A DNA stretch of 64,000 nt from Paraspadella gotoi (lineage: Eukaryota > Animalia > Chaetognatha), in assembly GCA_051294375.1 (NCBI GenBank), contig JBJCIZ010000282.1, forward strand, positions 289,736 to 353,735. The letters are read 5' to 3'. The notes below the pieces were generated by a model, which did not search any database, had not been told where the DNA came from, and was given only the letters and a program-made list of their open reading frames with translations. Within the stretch, counting starts at the first letter, position 1. Every line of letters begins with the position of its first letter. This document shows positions 52,201-64,000 of this stretch, piece by piece. A program made the position numbers and the translations under genes.

Positions 52201-55200
52201 TTCCTGGCCTCCATGGGTGTCTGTCATCCCCTCCTTCATCTCTGGAACCTGTGTTCTTTTGTGATTGTTCTTGAAGGCACAATTGCACAATTTGCTGAGT
52301 ATAGCTAGACAATCTGGTCTCTCTCATTCCATGACATGAGCTAACTTTTCCCGAGAAGTTTTTTGTAAGTTTCGATTCACTCGCAGCATGAGTTGCTGCA
52401 GGATCACACGATCCATCCAACAACAACATGATTAGAACCTTGATTGACCGCCAGCCAAATCTTTTGCTTTCATTGAGTCTTACTTCAACAAAGACGATGA
52501 AATTCCATCTCAGACACAACTAAGGAGAAACTTGATTCCTCCGATCAGGGGCTGTCCCACATGCGCACAGGTAGCCACTCCCTGATTAGCTGATGATGAA
52601 GAGACTGCCAGGGTGACGAAGGAATGCCTGAAAGTCCCCAATAGGAATAAAAAGCAAAGCTTACATGTTTATCTGGGTCAAGCTTCCTCCTTCTTCCTTT
52701 CAACAATAACTTCAAATTTTTTTCACTCACATCCGAGGCCGCCTGTTGCATGTTCCAAGAGATCTTTCTAGGACGAGAACTATTTGTCCTGCCCAAGAAA
52801 CCTGGAACTTCCTTTGCGCTTAATGGCCTTCTATATCCACAACTTCCGGTCAACTTCCTCACGGGTGTGGCCCCTGAAGCGTACATCTCTTATCTGGAGA
52901 GTTGAACCAATTTGAGCTGTCAAGGGTGTCAAAAGACCCTTTCCACTTTCTCTGTGATTTCCACGCTTCTGCGGACTCCTTGTTCACCTACTTGATGCAA
53001 GTTGAGCACCAAGTTGAGAGAACTGCGATAGCCCTCCTTATTGTCTAATTCTCTTCTCTATTTAGACTCGCTCCGCGGATCCCAGTCATGTGATGAACAC
53101 TCTACTTTGTCACCGACTGCCGGCAACGGAGGTGTCGCCGTGATCAGGTGGAATCACTTCTGCCGGAACAATGCTATCGTCCACTCAGTTGTCATCCATA
53201 TCCGGCAGTCGTGGTTCACCGGCTGGACACATTTCAATTGTCGCGGGAGACTATTAAGCTACGACATAGTTCAGTTCCCTATTCTTGCTTTTCATAAAAA
53301 ATTTGAGATAAGTTCATCTGAACCATATTTTACTTCCAGAAGTCTATTCAGCCGAACTTGTATTCTCCATTGACTGAGAAAATGAGACGGTTTCTGATGG
53401 CCTCAAAGAGCGCTGTACGCCTGCAGACAGTTGATGCTTTTTTGGCAAAACAGTAAGTTTGACGCAAAAATATCAGTGTGAAAAGCTTTTGGTGATGACG
53501 ATGACGGAGAAAATGATGCAGTTTACAAACTCATTGAATCAGGTTGCTTTTTCTTGACCCGTTCCCGAAAAATCGGTATCCCATGTTTTGCTCACGAATC
53601 CAAAAGACGCCGCATTGGCAGGCGCAGTTCGACGATCATGCACCTGTAGCCGCGCTGACCGAGGAATACTTCAGATCTTCGCCGCAATGCCCCAGTCAAT
53701 GCCACTTCTTCTTTCTCCTTTTGCCGCGTCTCCAACTTCCCTTTTCATTACACTCTCAAATCAGACCTTTACTCCATCTCGGGACGGTCGCTTTCTGGAC
53801 CAGTCCTTGACTCGGAGAAGTAAATTGCTCTGGCCCGATGCTCTGCCCGGCAACAATAAAGCACGGCTTTTCCTTTACAGTGATCTGCACAAAATTTTCA
53901 CTTGAACACCTTATCAGAACCAATGCTGTTCCCAACAACGACCGTGGAGGAGCCTTGCGAGCTCATTAGTGGACGGCTATAAACGAGAAAACGTCCGGTT
54001 GTACGTTTGCAGTCATCCTCCCACGTATTTCGCCGACCCAACCCGTTCCGTCGCCTCGCGGCCACGCTCCCGCCGCCAATTATCCAACGCCCACTGCCAT
54101 GCCGAGTCGCGCCCAGCCTGAACGCCTGCTTTTGGCCGCCCTGCGCTCCCAACTTCGATAGGTGGAAACGAGTCCATCATGCTCCGACGCATTTGCCAAA
54201 TGGATGCAATTGAACGGGTACGCCGCGCTTTCGCGGCAGACCGTATTGCGTCGGGTTCATCGGCTACTCGGCGTGGCTCTCGCCCACACTCAGATAAGTC
54301 CTCTTTCCACCCGTGAGAAGCCGATCGCATGATACAGCATTCTTCTTACGACCGCGGAGCAACATTCTTTATCTTTTCAGCTTTTCACAAATAAAGTTCG
54401 CCCAAACAAATCTGGATATTTGTCCCGCCGCCAAAGCTGTTCGATTACCATAAGAAAAAACGTAAATAAATAAATTGCATAACCGCTTTGCGTCTTAGAT
54501 TGTTTCATCGCTTTCGGATATTTACTTAAGACAGCAGACTATTTTTTGAAAATTTAGGGGAATACGGGTGAAGATCCTCTCGAGTGACCAAAATAACTAT
54601 TTCGCTGCACAGACGGTTATACGGCGGCGTCCGAACAGCACCCTGTGAGACGATAAATGCTTGGCGCATAACTAGGTCTCAGAGCTTATCTCATTCAGAT
54701 CAATGCACGGCAACAACTCAACAATCTGCGACTTTCGTGCTGCCAAAGAGCCTCACTTGTGGGAAAAAAGCATTGCCCAAATTTGTCTTGCATGGATGCA
54801 TGGACTCTGGTTACTGCCAGGTGAAAGTCAATCATCGACCCGTCGTCGTTTGTGTTCAGCATTTGTCCTTGGATCTGCCGATTCAGTACGATTGCCGACC
54901 GAACTCCGTCTGGCAAGTCGATCGCGATGACCTCATCGGCGGCGCTGGCGCCGGCAGACGAGCTCAGGAACGCCACAGGCAACGGGAGGGGAAAGAGGCT
55001 ACAGAAGTAGGTCGCGGTAAGGGACAAAATAGACGGAAAAGTGCGGGAGAGATGGAAAAGTAGAGGACCGGAACAAAACGACTGAATTAGTACTCGCACG
55101 GCGAAGGCTATAGGCTAACGGAAAAAGGAGACAGAAGCCGAACGCGGCGAGGACGCGTATCTGGCCAATCATGCCCCGAGGCAAAGAGCACGTTCTCCCG

Positions 55201-58200
55201 AGGTTGCAACGGATGTCGACGAAGTCGTCGTTGGTCGGGGTGATGGAACAGATGCCTATTCCCGTTTGACAGAGACCGACCGGCGCCAGTAGACGTACCG
55301 GACCATGCCGCGCCCGATCGAGGACGAATCGCTGTCTTACAGAAAAAACAATTGCTTCCATCGATCCAATACCATGAATCTTAGAATGTCACCTCACGTT
55401 CGTACGTATGTCCCATTACGTCTGCCTACTCACGCCAGTCGATGGGCGGTCTTACATAGTAACCTACTTTACCCTGGACTTCGATTGCACTTTAACCAAA
55501 ATGCCTCTCTTAGAAGACAGCCCCGGATTTCATATCCATTCTATCTATCTCTTCCCATCAACTTTTCCATCTTACTCTTCTCTCTCTCTGCCAACCTCTC
55601 TCTCTCTCTGATAATTTTTCGTTTGAGCATCTCTTTACTAATCACACAATCCTCTCATCCTTGTTGATTTTCTCTCCACCAATCTATTCCTCTCCTCAAT
55701 TAATTCGTTCTACCGCGCTTTTTTTTCAAACTTTGAAAAACGTATTCGCTCATGCCGCGGAGGGAACCCTTTTGACGTGTCTCGCGAGTCCGACCATGGA
55801 TGGCGAATCGATTCTTCCTTGCCATTGCCGACCTGTGCATCGATTCCTCGATCCCCTATTGACGCGCAGGAACCACTCTCTTCAGATGCGTCCCGCACAT
55901 CTTTGAACTCGCACACGGTGCTCCCATCTTGCCATATCTGGCGGTCCAGAGCCCGACGGCTCCCTCGATCAGCCATGCCACTTAATAATAAAATCTCGAA
56001 GAAAACGGTCAAGGCTCAAGCGATCTGCGCTATAGACCTTGGAAGAAAAATTGATGATATTGGATAACGAAATCTATCACTTCTGAGTTCAATCATATTA
56101 AACAATTTGTTATAATAAAAAGATTGAAGGCTAAATTATTTATTCATACACTCCCTTGCTTCCGATAATTTAATTCAGAACGAATGCTCACTTCACAATT
56201 CGATGATCCTTTTGTTGAACCGCAAAGGCACGCGAAAAAATTGGAAAGATTTGACGCGAAGCGTTAATTTGGATTTTCTTACTTTTTAATTTGCGGGCCG
56301 AAATTTTAACCGGTAGCGACGACAACGAGTAATTCCTTCAGAGGCCTTTAAAAAGTAAAACACTTCTATTCGCTAACCAGCGCTGCAACACAAGTGGAGG
56401 ACGGAATTTTTTAGTGAAAAGAATTCTAGATACCAAAGTAAAATGAACGAGAGTTTATTTCAGGTTATAACATCGAAGCGCGGAAAAGCGGCTAATATAA
56501 TGAGCGCGCAGAATAAAATCAACAATGAGCTTTATATATGAACTACTTTGTTTATCAACAGTAGGAATGTAAATGAGCAATGGAATTTTAGGCCGAGACA
56601 ATATTGATTTGACATTTTTGCCTAATCACCGAATATTCTTTCCCTCAATACTAGTCACTAACAATAATTCAATTTGTTTCACTCAATCATCAGCGCCTGT
56701 TGCATTTCCTAAGATTATTCTGGAGACTCTTTTCTGCAAAAACTCGGACTTCCTGTTGGCTTTAATTGGCTCATCCACAACTTCTGTCAACTTCCTCAGT
56801 TGTGGCAAGCGCGGCAAGAAGACCCTTTCCACTCCTTCATTGATTTCACGCTTTCTTGCCGACGCGCCTTGTCTACATTCCTACTGTGAGTAGCACCAAT
56901 TGAAGAGATTGGAATTAGCTCCCTGTCTCGACTTACTTTCCTTCTCTAGTTAGACTGTTCCGGATCCGAGTCATCTGATGAACACTCTACTTTGTCACCA
57001 GACTGCTCCGACGGAGAGGTCGTGCCCGCGATCAGTGGAATCAGGGGCTCTCGCCGGAAAATGCGTTCCCACTCGAGTGTCATCCATATCCGGAGTCGCG
57101 GTCCCAGGCCCGCTGAGGACACTGTCACAACTAGGTAGAGTACGACACCTATGTAAGCTGGTCTCGATAACGATCATATGATCCTACTTGGCTTTCAAAA
57201 AATTTGTCAGAATTAATTCACCATCTGAAATACCCTACCGTCTAATTCAGAAGTGCACCGCCTTTCAAGATCGGTCCAAGGCTGCACACTCTTTCTTACT
57301 CATTGATTAGAAAAGAGCACGTTGTCCTCTCGGATCGGGGCATCTACGATGTAGCGGCTGCCGAAGTCTGAATGCTTTTCTTGTCAAAAAAAATTGGACG
57401 CAAAAATCAAGTTGAAAATGATGCACGACCTTCAGCACACTATTGAACCGCCAACCTCCAAATTCGTCCTAGGCTATCACTGGTAGACAGCAAGATCAAG
57501 GATACTAACGGGAGCTAATATCGCTGGGCGGGGTGACTAAAATCGGTCAGCTAAAATCTTTGAATCAGCTTTGTTATTTCTTTGACCCTGGTTTCCGAAA
57601 AAATCGTTTCCATGTTTTGTTTAGAATCCAAAGACGCCGATCTGACGGCGCCAGCCGACATCGAATGAACTGACCTGAGACTTCTGACCCGCGCGCCGGA
57701 CCCGTCCCCATCATGCAATCCTTCTTCCCATTTGGCATCTTTCATGGCAGCCCTTCAAATTCCGGTTTTACTCTTGGCGTGCTTTGGGACAGCCGACGGA
57801 TGTGGTGCCTGCACCCAATTCGCCGCAACAATAAAAACATTGGTTTTTCCGTCGTATTGATCGCAAATCTTCATGCGCCTGTTCAGGGCTAGTAATAATA
57901 ACTGATGGAGGAGGGAGCTGCATAGAGATTAAACGAGAAGAACGTCTGGTTCGACTTGAGTCGCAATCGCACGATTCGCGCTCCGACCAACGATCCCCCA
58001 CGTATGTTCCGCCACGTCCGTGCCCATTGTCCCGCGCGTATTGCCAGCGCCACACGACCGGCTCCGCCCCCCATAAACACGCCTGCTGTTGGCCGCCCGC
58101 TGCGCTACTGACCCCAAGTCTAGTCTGAGTAGTGGAGACGTCTCAATCCGTGCTCCGGACGATTGCATTCGACGGTCTTACGGCGGTGCTGACCTCGCCT

Positions 58201-60085
58201 CACTATTCCGGCCTAAGTCTCTCCCACCCGGATGATAGCATCTGTCACGACGCGTTCCAGCAACATTCTGTCATCTTTTTTAGAGTTACATACTAAAAAA
58301 CTCGTGCAAATAATTTTTGGTTTTCGTCCCACGCACCCAAAGCCCTTGCATTACAGTTGAAGAAAAACGGTAAATAAAATTGCCATAAACCGCTTTCGTC
58401 TTAGTTTGTTTCATTGGTATGATATTATACTAAGAACACTTAATTTTGAAAAAATTACGGGCAATAGCTGACCTCTCAGTGACAAAAAATTTTGCTGCAC
58501 AGCAGTATACGGGTGTGAGATGATAAATGTTGGCCATAATACGGTTCTAAGTGTTATCATCAGACATGGGCCACAGACAATCGCACGATCTTTGTCGCCA
58601 AAGACATTCACTTGGCGAAAAACATGCGAATTTCTCCTGGAGCTGAAATGATGCGACTCGTTTATGCCAGCGGAAAGCAACGTGTTTGTCGGAAGGGGGA
58701 CACGGGTAAGGAAAGTAGGGGCAAGGGACGAATAGAACCGGGGAAAGTGGCCGAGGAGAGAACGGAAAAGTGCCGACGGACGGAAAAACAACGAGCATGG
58801 TAGGAGAGAGGCTTACGGCTAAGGAAAAAGGAACTGAAGGTCCCCCGGGCTGGCGATCGGGCCAAAAGCCTGCGATGGGAAAGAGCCACGTCTCCCGAGC
58901 AGACGGATGTCGACGAAGTCGGTTGTTTCGTCGGGCGGTGATGACCGATGCTTACTCCCCTTGCAAGAGACGACCGGCGGCCATTGACGATTCACCGGAA
59001 AATGGCCGATCCGCAGGACGATCCTGTTCGCAAGAAAAACATCAGACATATCAAAATATACATGATTCTCCAGCGATATCACTGCATCGTCGTCGCCTTT
59101 GTCCATGACGTTTCAGGCCCATTAGCCCAGTCACATGGCGAGGTTGAGGTGTGTGACACCACTAACGTTTTATCTCTGATGATACCCAGCGACTCAGATA
59201 ATATCCTTATACCAAAATCCTCATCAATTAAAGAAGCTGACTCATACTCAACATAACTGTCTCTTCCGACTCAACCTTCTATCCAATTCATCTTCTCTCT
59301 CTCTCTCTTTAGATCTGTTCTCTCCACAACACTCTCATCTCACTGCTGTCCTACCGCACCTATTTTTCTACAAATGTTGGATTGATCGACTCCTACCTAT
59401 ACTGTGATAATTAAGAGGAAAGTGAATACAGATGATCAAGATCCTTCATCGCTCACGCCGCGCATCGAAATACCTCGTCCCACTCTAGATCGTAGGACCC
59501 CCTCAACTTCAAGACCGCCTAGCTACCTGAAATATGTGGATTGGGTTTCCCTACTCGCACAAATCTGCACGGTCCAGACGCCGACGGCTCTCTTGATGCC
59601 ATATGTATAACGTCAAGAAAACGGGGTAACAGCGAAGATCTGCGATAGAACTGCATGGAAGAAGATACTGAGAATGGTAACGAATTTTGTCTGATCTGTA
59701 AGTTAATTATCATTCGTTATTAATAAAACCTGATGGCCAATTCATTTTTACAACTCCTCTGCTCATGACAAAAAGGAAACCCAGAACTAATTCTCACTGT
59801 CAAATTTGATGATCCCTTTTTTGTGAACCCGCAAAGGCCACCGAAAAAATTTGGAACCAAGAATTGAACGCGAAGCTAATTTGGATTTATCTCTCTTGTT
59901 ACACTTGTGTAAAATTTAAAGGCGTACGCGAGACCACGAGTAAATCCTTGGCGAGCCGAAAAAACTCTTATCTGAAGCGAACAGCGGGAGGGCTGAACAC
60001 CAGTGGGAGACCGGAATTTATATAGATGAAAAAGAATTCAGATACCCAAAGTTAAAAATTGATACGAGGAGTGTGTATTTCCAGT
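46224..60085 (-). mobile_element. LTR retrotransposon family M, outer copy (interrupted at 48927/56660)
   Basis: LTRs at 46224-46498 and 60002-60085 (gap-truncated); internal sequence colinear with the inner copy apart from a ~0.7-kb deletion; gag knuckle-like 'KNQCFYCCGELG' at ~57815-57850. Confidence 0.8.
48928..56659 (-). mobile_element. LTR retrotransposon family M, inner full-length copy (~7.7 kb)
   Basis: Paired LTRs at 48928-49275 and 56393-56659 with a noisy PBS-like motif next to the 5' LTR; gag ~54330-53450; RT-thumb-like 'PLSAKEV..FLGRTN' (~52780-52830); integrase 'VAIDF.GPF' (~52165-52200) and 'HADNA' (~51970). Confidence 0.8.
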
Positions 60086-60110
60086 NNNNNNNNNNNNNNN
60101 NNNNNNNNNN

Positions 60111-62540
60111 ATGTCAATCTCGTTAAAGAAAATGTGCGATTGAATGACGCGAGAATCATTTTAAAAATAAAACGAAATTGGGATCTTCTGTCATCGCTCG
60201 CGGGGAAAAAAGGAAAGAAATTGACTAGTGGCCATTTTTTCAATCGTCTGGATAAACTTTTTACAATTCTCCGCTGTCGCTGCCTCTTCATTTCATGTGA
60301 AAAAGCTAAGTGCAACAACGATGCATGTCAGCAGGTGCACATCTCGTGCTCTTGTCCCAGAGAACAAAAGGTATGATATTTAAAGGATTTACATTATGTG
60401 GTAAAAAAGTAAATTTTTTAAACAACTTTTTAAGATCCCTGCTTTGGAGCTCCCCTTCATTCGCGATCAGATGGAAAAGACGGGTTCTAAAGGAGCATTT
60501 CAAATCGGCTCGACTGACATCGTTGAATCAAAACGAATGGCGCAAAATGTAAAGCGAAAATTGAAGGAAACCTCTGCAAAAGAAAAGAGACTGAGGATGC
60601 AAGAGATTCGCGACGATGAACTAAACTCGCGGGTTGAAGCTTTTGACTCGGTGGAAGGTGATGTTGCAGTTGCTCCAGGAGACGACGATACTTCTCCGGA
60701 TTTTCATCACGTTCGTACTGACCGTGAACTTCACGTCTCAAATTCTAACCGGATGCATTTTCCTAATGTGGCGGAACAAAGCATCCGCTTTGGCGTCTCC
60801 GTCGGAGCGACGGCGGCGATCGCGACGGCTGCGCTTGTTGATGCAGGAGTCGTCAATAAAGAGAACAGCTCCAATGTGATTTCTAAATCTAAAATGTGGC
60901 ATGAAATTAATCGTTGTTTGGAAACTTTTCAGGTATGATATATTTCAGGAAATAAATTGATTTAAACATTGTAAACCTGAACGATAAAGAAAATCTGAAT
61001 AAACTTTTATATTTTTTCAAGGTGCTTTCTGTAAATGATGAGACTATCTGTCTCATGTTTGATGGAAAAACAGACAGGACCAACGTCATGCTTATTGATG
61101 ACAATGGTCGTCGTTTTCCCTCAACGCGTCTGGAGGAGCATGTCACCCTCGTTGGGCAACCTGGTGATCATTTTCTTGGCCACGTCACGCCGGAGGCGAA
61201 AGACGCGCGGACGATTGCGGATTCGATTTGGGATTTTCTTGTTGAAAACGATTTGACATCAAAAATTCTCATGATTGGTGGCGATTCAACGCCGACAAAT
61301 ACGGGGAGAAAAGGAGGCATCATCCACCTTCTTGAAGAAAAGTTTGGCCATCGTTTGCTCATCAACATTTGTAAACTGCATACAAACGAACTCCCTCTAC
61401 GTCACTTCATAAATGAGCGAAACATCCCGACGCTTTCAAGCAGTGCATATGGGGGTAAATAATAATAAATAAATGTACTTAAGCAACCCAAAACCAACTT
61501 AAGAGTTTTTCTATTTGTTTTAATTTTTGTATAATTTTTTTTAAAGGTGTCTTGGGTAAAGCGATCGGAGAGGCAGTGGAAGAGTTGGAATTTAACCCCA
61601 ACTTTAAACGTATCTCGGATCCTCGCGTCGAATTCCCGCAACTTTCCGACGACGTCATTCACGATCTCAGCCATGATCAACATTACGGCTATCGCATCGT
61701 GAAAATGATCATGGGAGATGAACTCGACGAAAACATTTTGAGTTTAAAACCCGGGCCCATCTGTCACTCGCGTTGGTTGACTACAGCTAACCGATTTCTT
61801 CGCTTGTACGTGAGCAAGTATAGTTTTTCCAAGAAAATTAAATGGGACCTTGAGTTGATTGTAACCCACATTATTCTTTTATACTATCCAATGTGGTTTA
61901 CAATTAAATGTAATCCATCATTTTTAAATGGCCCCTCACACGTTTTAAAAGAAATAAAATTAGTTCGCGATGTCTTGCCAGAGGAGATACGANNNNNNNN
62001 NNNNNNNNNNNNNNNNNAGCGATTGGTAGTGGCAAAAGGGTCCCGATGGTGCCCCTGGGCAAGCACATCTCTATCAGTCCTTGACTACACCGGCTTTTGT
62101 CGAGTGAAGAATGCAGATGAAAGAGAATTTGCGCGTGAAAAAAATTTTTGAGATTCGCGGAGAAACGAATACGGGGATAAAGGTGTATACGGAATTTACG
62201 GTTCCTTGCCTTAATTGGTGCCGCAAAAAATCTTGACGGAGGAATTATTGATTGGAAGGCTGATCTCTTATGAGCCCATCCTTACCGCAGATTTTTCAAG
62301 ACTGAACTTAAATTATTTGTGTACAAAAGAGCCATTTGAATTTGGGCTGCATAATTCCGCTGCCAATAACACGCCAGAGTGTTTGAAAGATTAGTTTAGA
62401 GAAGTTTTTCGAATTGCATCCAACCAGGTTTATGGTGCAGAAGCGGACCGCGATGGTTACGTTTTTCGCATCGTTGCCATGCACGAACTGTTGTTTCCAA
62501 ATTTACACAACAAAACTGATTGTTTGCTTGAAAAATGATT
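60111..62540 (+). CDS. hAT-like (hATm-type) transposase of element H: exons 60111-60370, 60435-60932, 61022-61454, 61547-~62540 (3' part noisy)
   Basis: In-frame GT-AG splicing gives QK|IPALE, FQ|VLS and YG|GVLGK; motifs LFTILRCRC, MFDGK, GGDST, CKLHTNEL and CHSRWLTTANR, plus a degraded TQSVER-like region near 62370. Confidence 0.85.
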
Positions 62541-62994
62541 TGATTTTGCCTGTATGTAAGCTCAATAATTGTAGTTGGATTTTAAATGATTCAATTCGTT
62601 TTTTTTGTTGAAGAGGTAATTTTTCTGTCTCATTGATATAGCTCTCTCTCTCTGCTCATCCATTAAGACAATTTTGTTTGATAGTTAGATTGCGATCCGC
62701 AAAGATAACAAATATCATTTCAAAACATTAGACTCTCAACAGAGAGATCACTTAATCATTTTTTGAAATAATAATATTAATGTTTATATAAATTTTACCA
62801 ACATAACTATGTTATATAATATTATTGGTAAAAACAATAATTTTTAGGCATGGGTTCACTTTTTTTTTAACTTTAGTAACATTAAGACAGATTTAACATC
62901 TGCTTGCATAATTTTATTATTCCTATGTATCAGATTTCGGTGTTTTTCAAATCTTATTCGTCTCAAATGATGCAATTTATGGGGTTTAAGGAGG

Positions 62995-63149
62995 GCTTCA
63001 AAAAATCGCTTCGGGCGAACAAACAAGGACGTTTTTGCATGGAAAAAAATTCATTATCACCATTTGATATTCATACAGACAATGATTACAGGTAAATCGC
63101 GAATGAATGAAATTCAATATTCATTTTTTGTTATCTTTTAAATGCTCTA
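62995..63149. repeat. 3' TIR of element H (~150 bp, terminus ...AAATGCTCTA)
   Basis: Homology with 45015-45161 stops at gctcta(g). Confidence 0.75.
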
Positions 63150-63599
63150 GCTACCGCACATTTCGTCTTGCTTGGCCGGTCGGTCGGCGCGGTGCCCAGG
63201 TGACGTCCCTGTCTTCTGCATCGGGTGAGATGAAGAATACTGGCCAGGAATCCAGTTCTGGAACATACTCCAATTTAACCTTTCTCTTATAGGTAATCGG
63301 CCCATTTCCTGTTGTTACTTATTCTGGTTGGGGTTCCGCTAATATATCTTTTCGTCAGCGGAGCCATTCGTCTATGAAAATTTCTCTGGTATCGTTACCG
63401 TGTTTATGGACGGCGCCAGTGTCCGTGGTTAGGAACTGGCCGGGGCTTCCATTTATTAACTGCTGGGATGTATTTGTTTCCCCCGCGTGCCTGAAGCCTT
63501 GGACCCGTATCGTCCCTCGGTTTTGGAACCATTTGGGTTTTTCCTGTTGGAACGAGGCGGCTCTGGCGGCGAGTCCGGGTAAGCGCGGGAGCATAATTT

Positions 63600-64000
63600 A
63601 TTGATTTTAAATAGATCAATTCGTTTTTTGGTTGAAAGAGTAATTTTTCTGTCTCTCTCTCTCTGTAAAAACAATTTTGTTTGATAGTTAGNNNNNNNNN
63701 NNNNNNNNNNNNNNNNNNNNNNNNNNNNNNNNNNNNNNNNNNNNNNNNNNNNNNNNNNNNNNNNNNNNNNNNNNNNNNNNNNNNNNNNNNNNNNNNNNNN
63801 NNNNNNNNNNNNNNNNNNNNNNNNNNNNNNNNNNNNNNNNNNNNNNNNNNNNNNNNNNNNNNNNNNNNNNNNNNNNNNNNNNNTTATATATATTATTGTA
63901 AAACAATATTTTTAGGCATGGTTCAATTTTTTTAACTTAGTAACATTAACATCAGATATTAGAACATCTGCTTGAATAATTTTTTATTCCTTTATCAATT
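63600..64000 (+). repeat. Direct duplicate of the H 3' subterminal region ~62577-62935
   Basis: Direct sequence match; probably gap-fill overlap or a second copy. Confidence 0.75.

Overview
Eukaryotic, probably invertebrate, draft scaffold: short AT-rich GT-AG introns, microsatellites, many 10/25/100-N gaps and long indel-ridden stretches resembling raw long reads. It is almost entirely nested transposable elements, and no host gene could be called with confidence. Contents: (1) a frameshifted Ty3/Gypsy element with 3' LTR (1-6450); (2) two near-identical copies of an intron-containing hAT-like (hATm-type) DDE transposon, one complete (6698-10598) and one split by a 7-kb TIR element 'E' (13454-20429); (3) E cargo: three minimal type I hammerhead ribozymes in a Penelope-like pseudo-LTR layout, an orphan exon and a Gypsy integrase tail; (4) an AGT...ACT LTR element apparently lacking RT/RNase H, nested inside a copy of itself (46224-60085); (5) a second intron-containing hAT-like transposase with ~150-bp TIRs, split between 44408-45161 (-) and 60111-63149 (+); (6) a tRNA-derived SINE-like head. 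Large inverted repeats and fold-back hairpins joined at 3-6 bp inverted microhomologies most likely reflect whole-genome-amplification or assembly chimeras, though one pair is strikingly reciprocal. All calls are by eye; coordinates in noisy regions are approximate.
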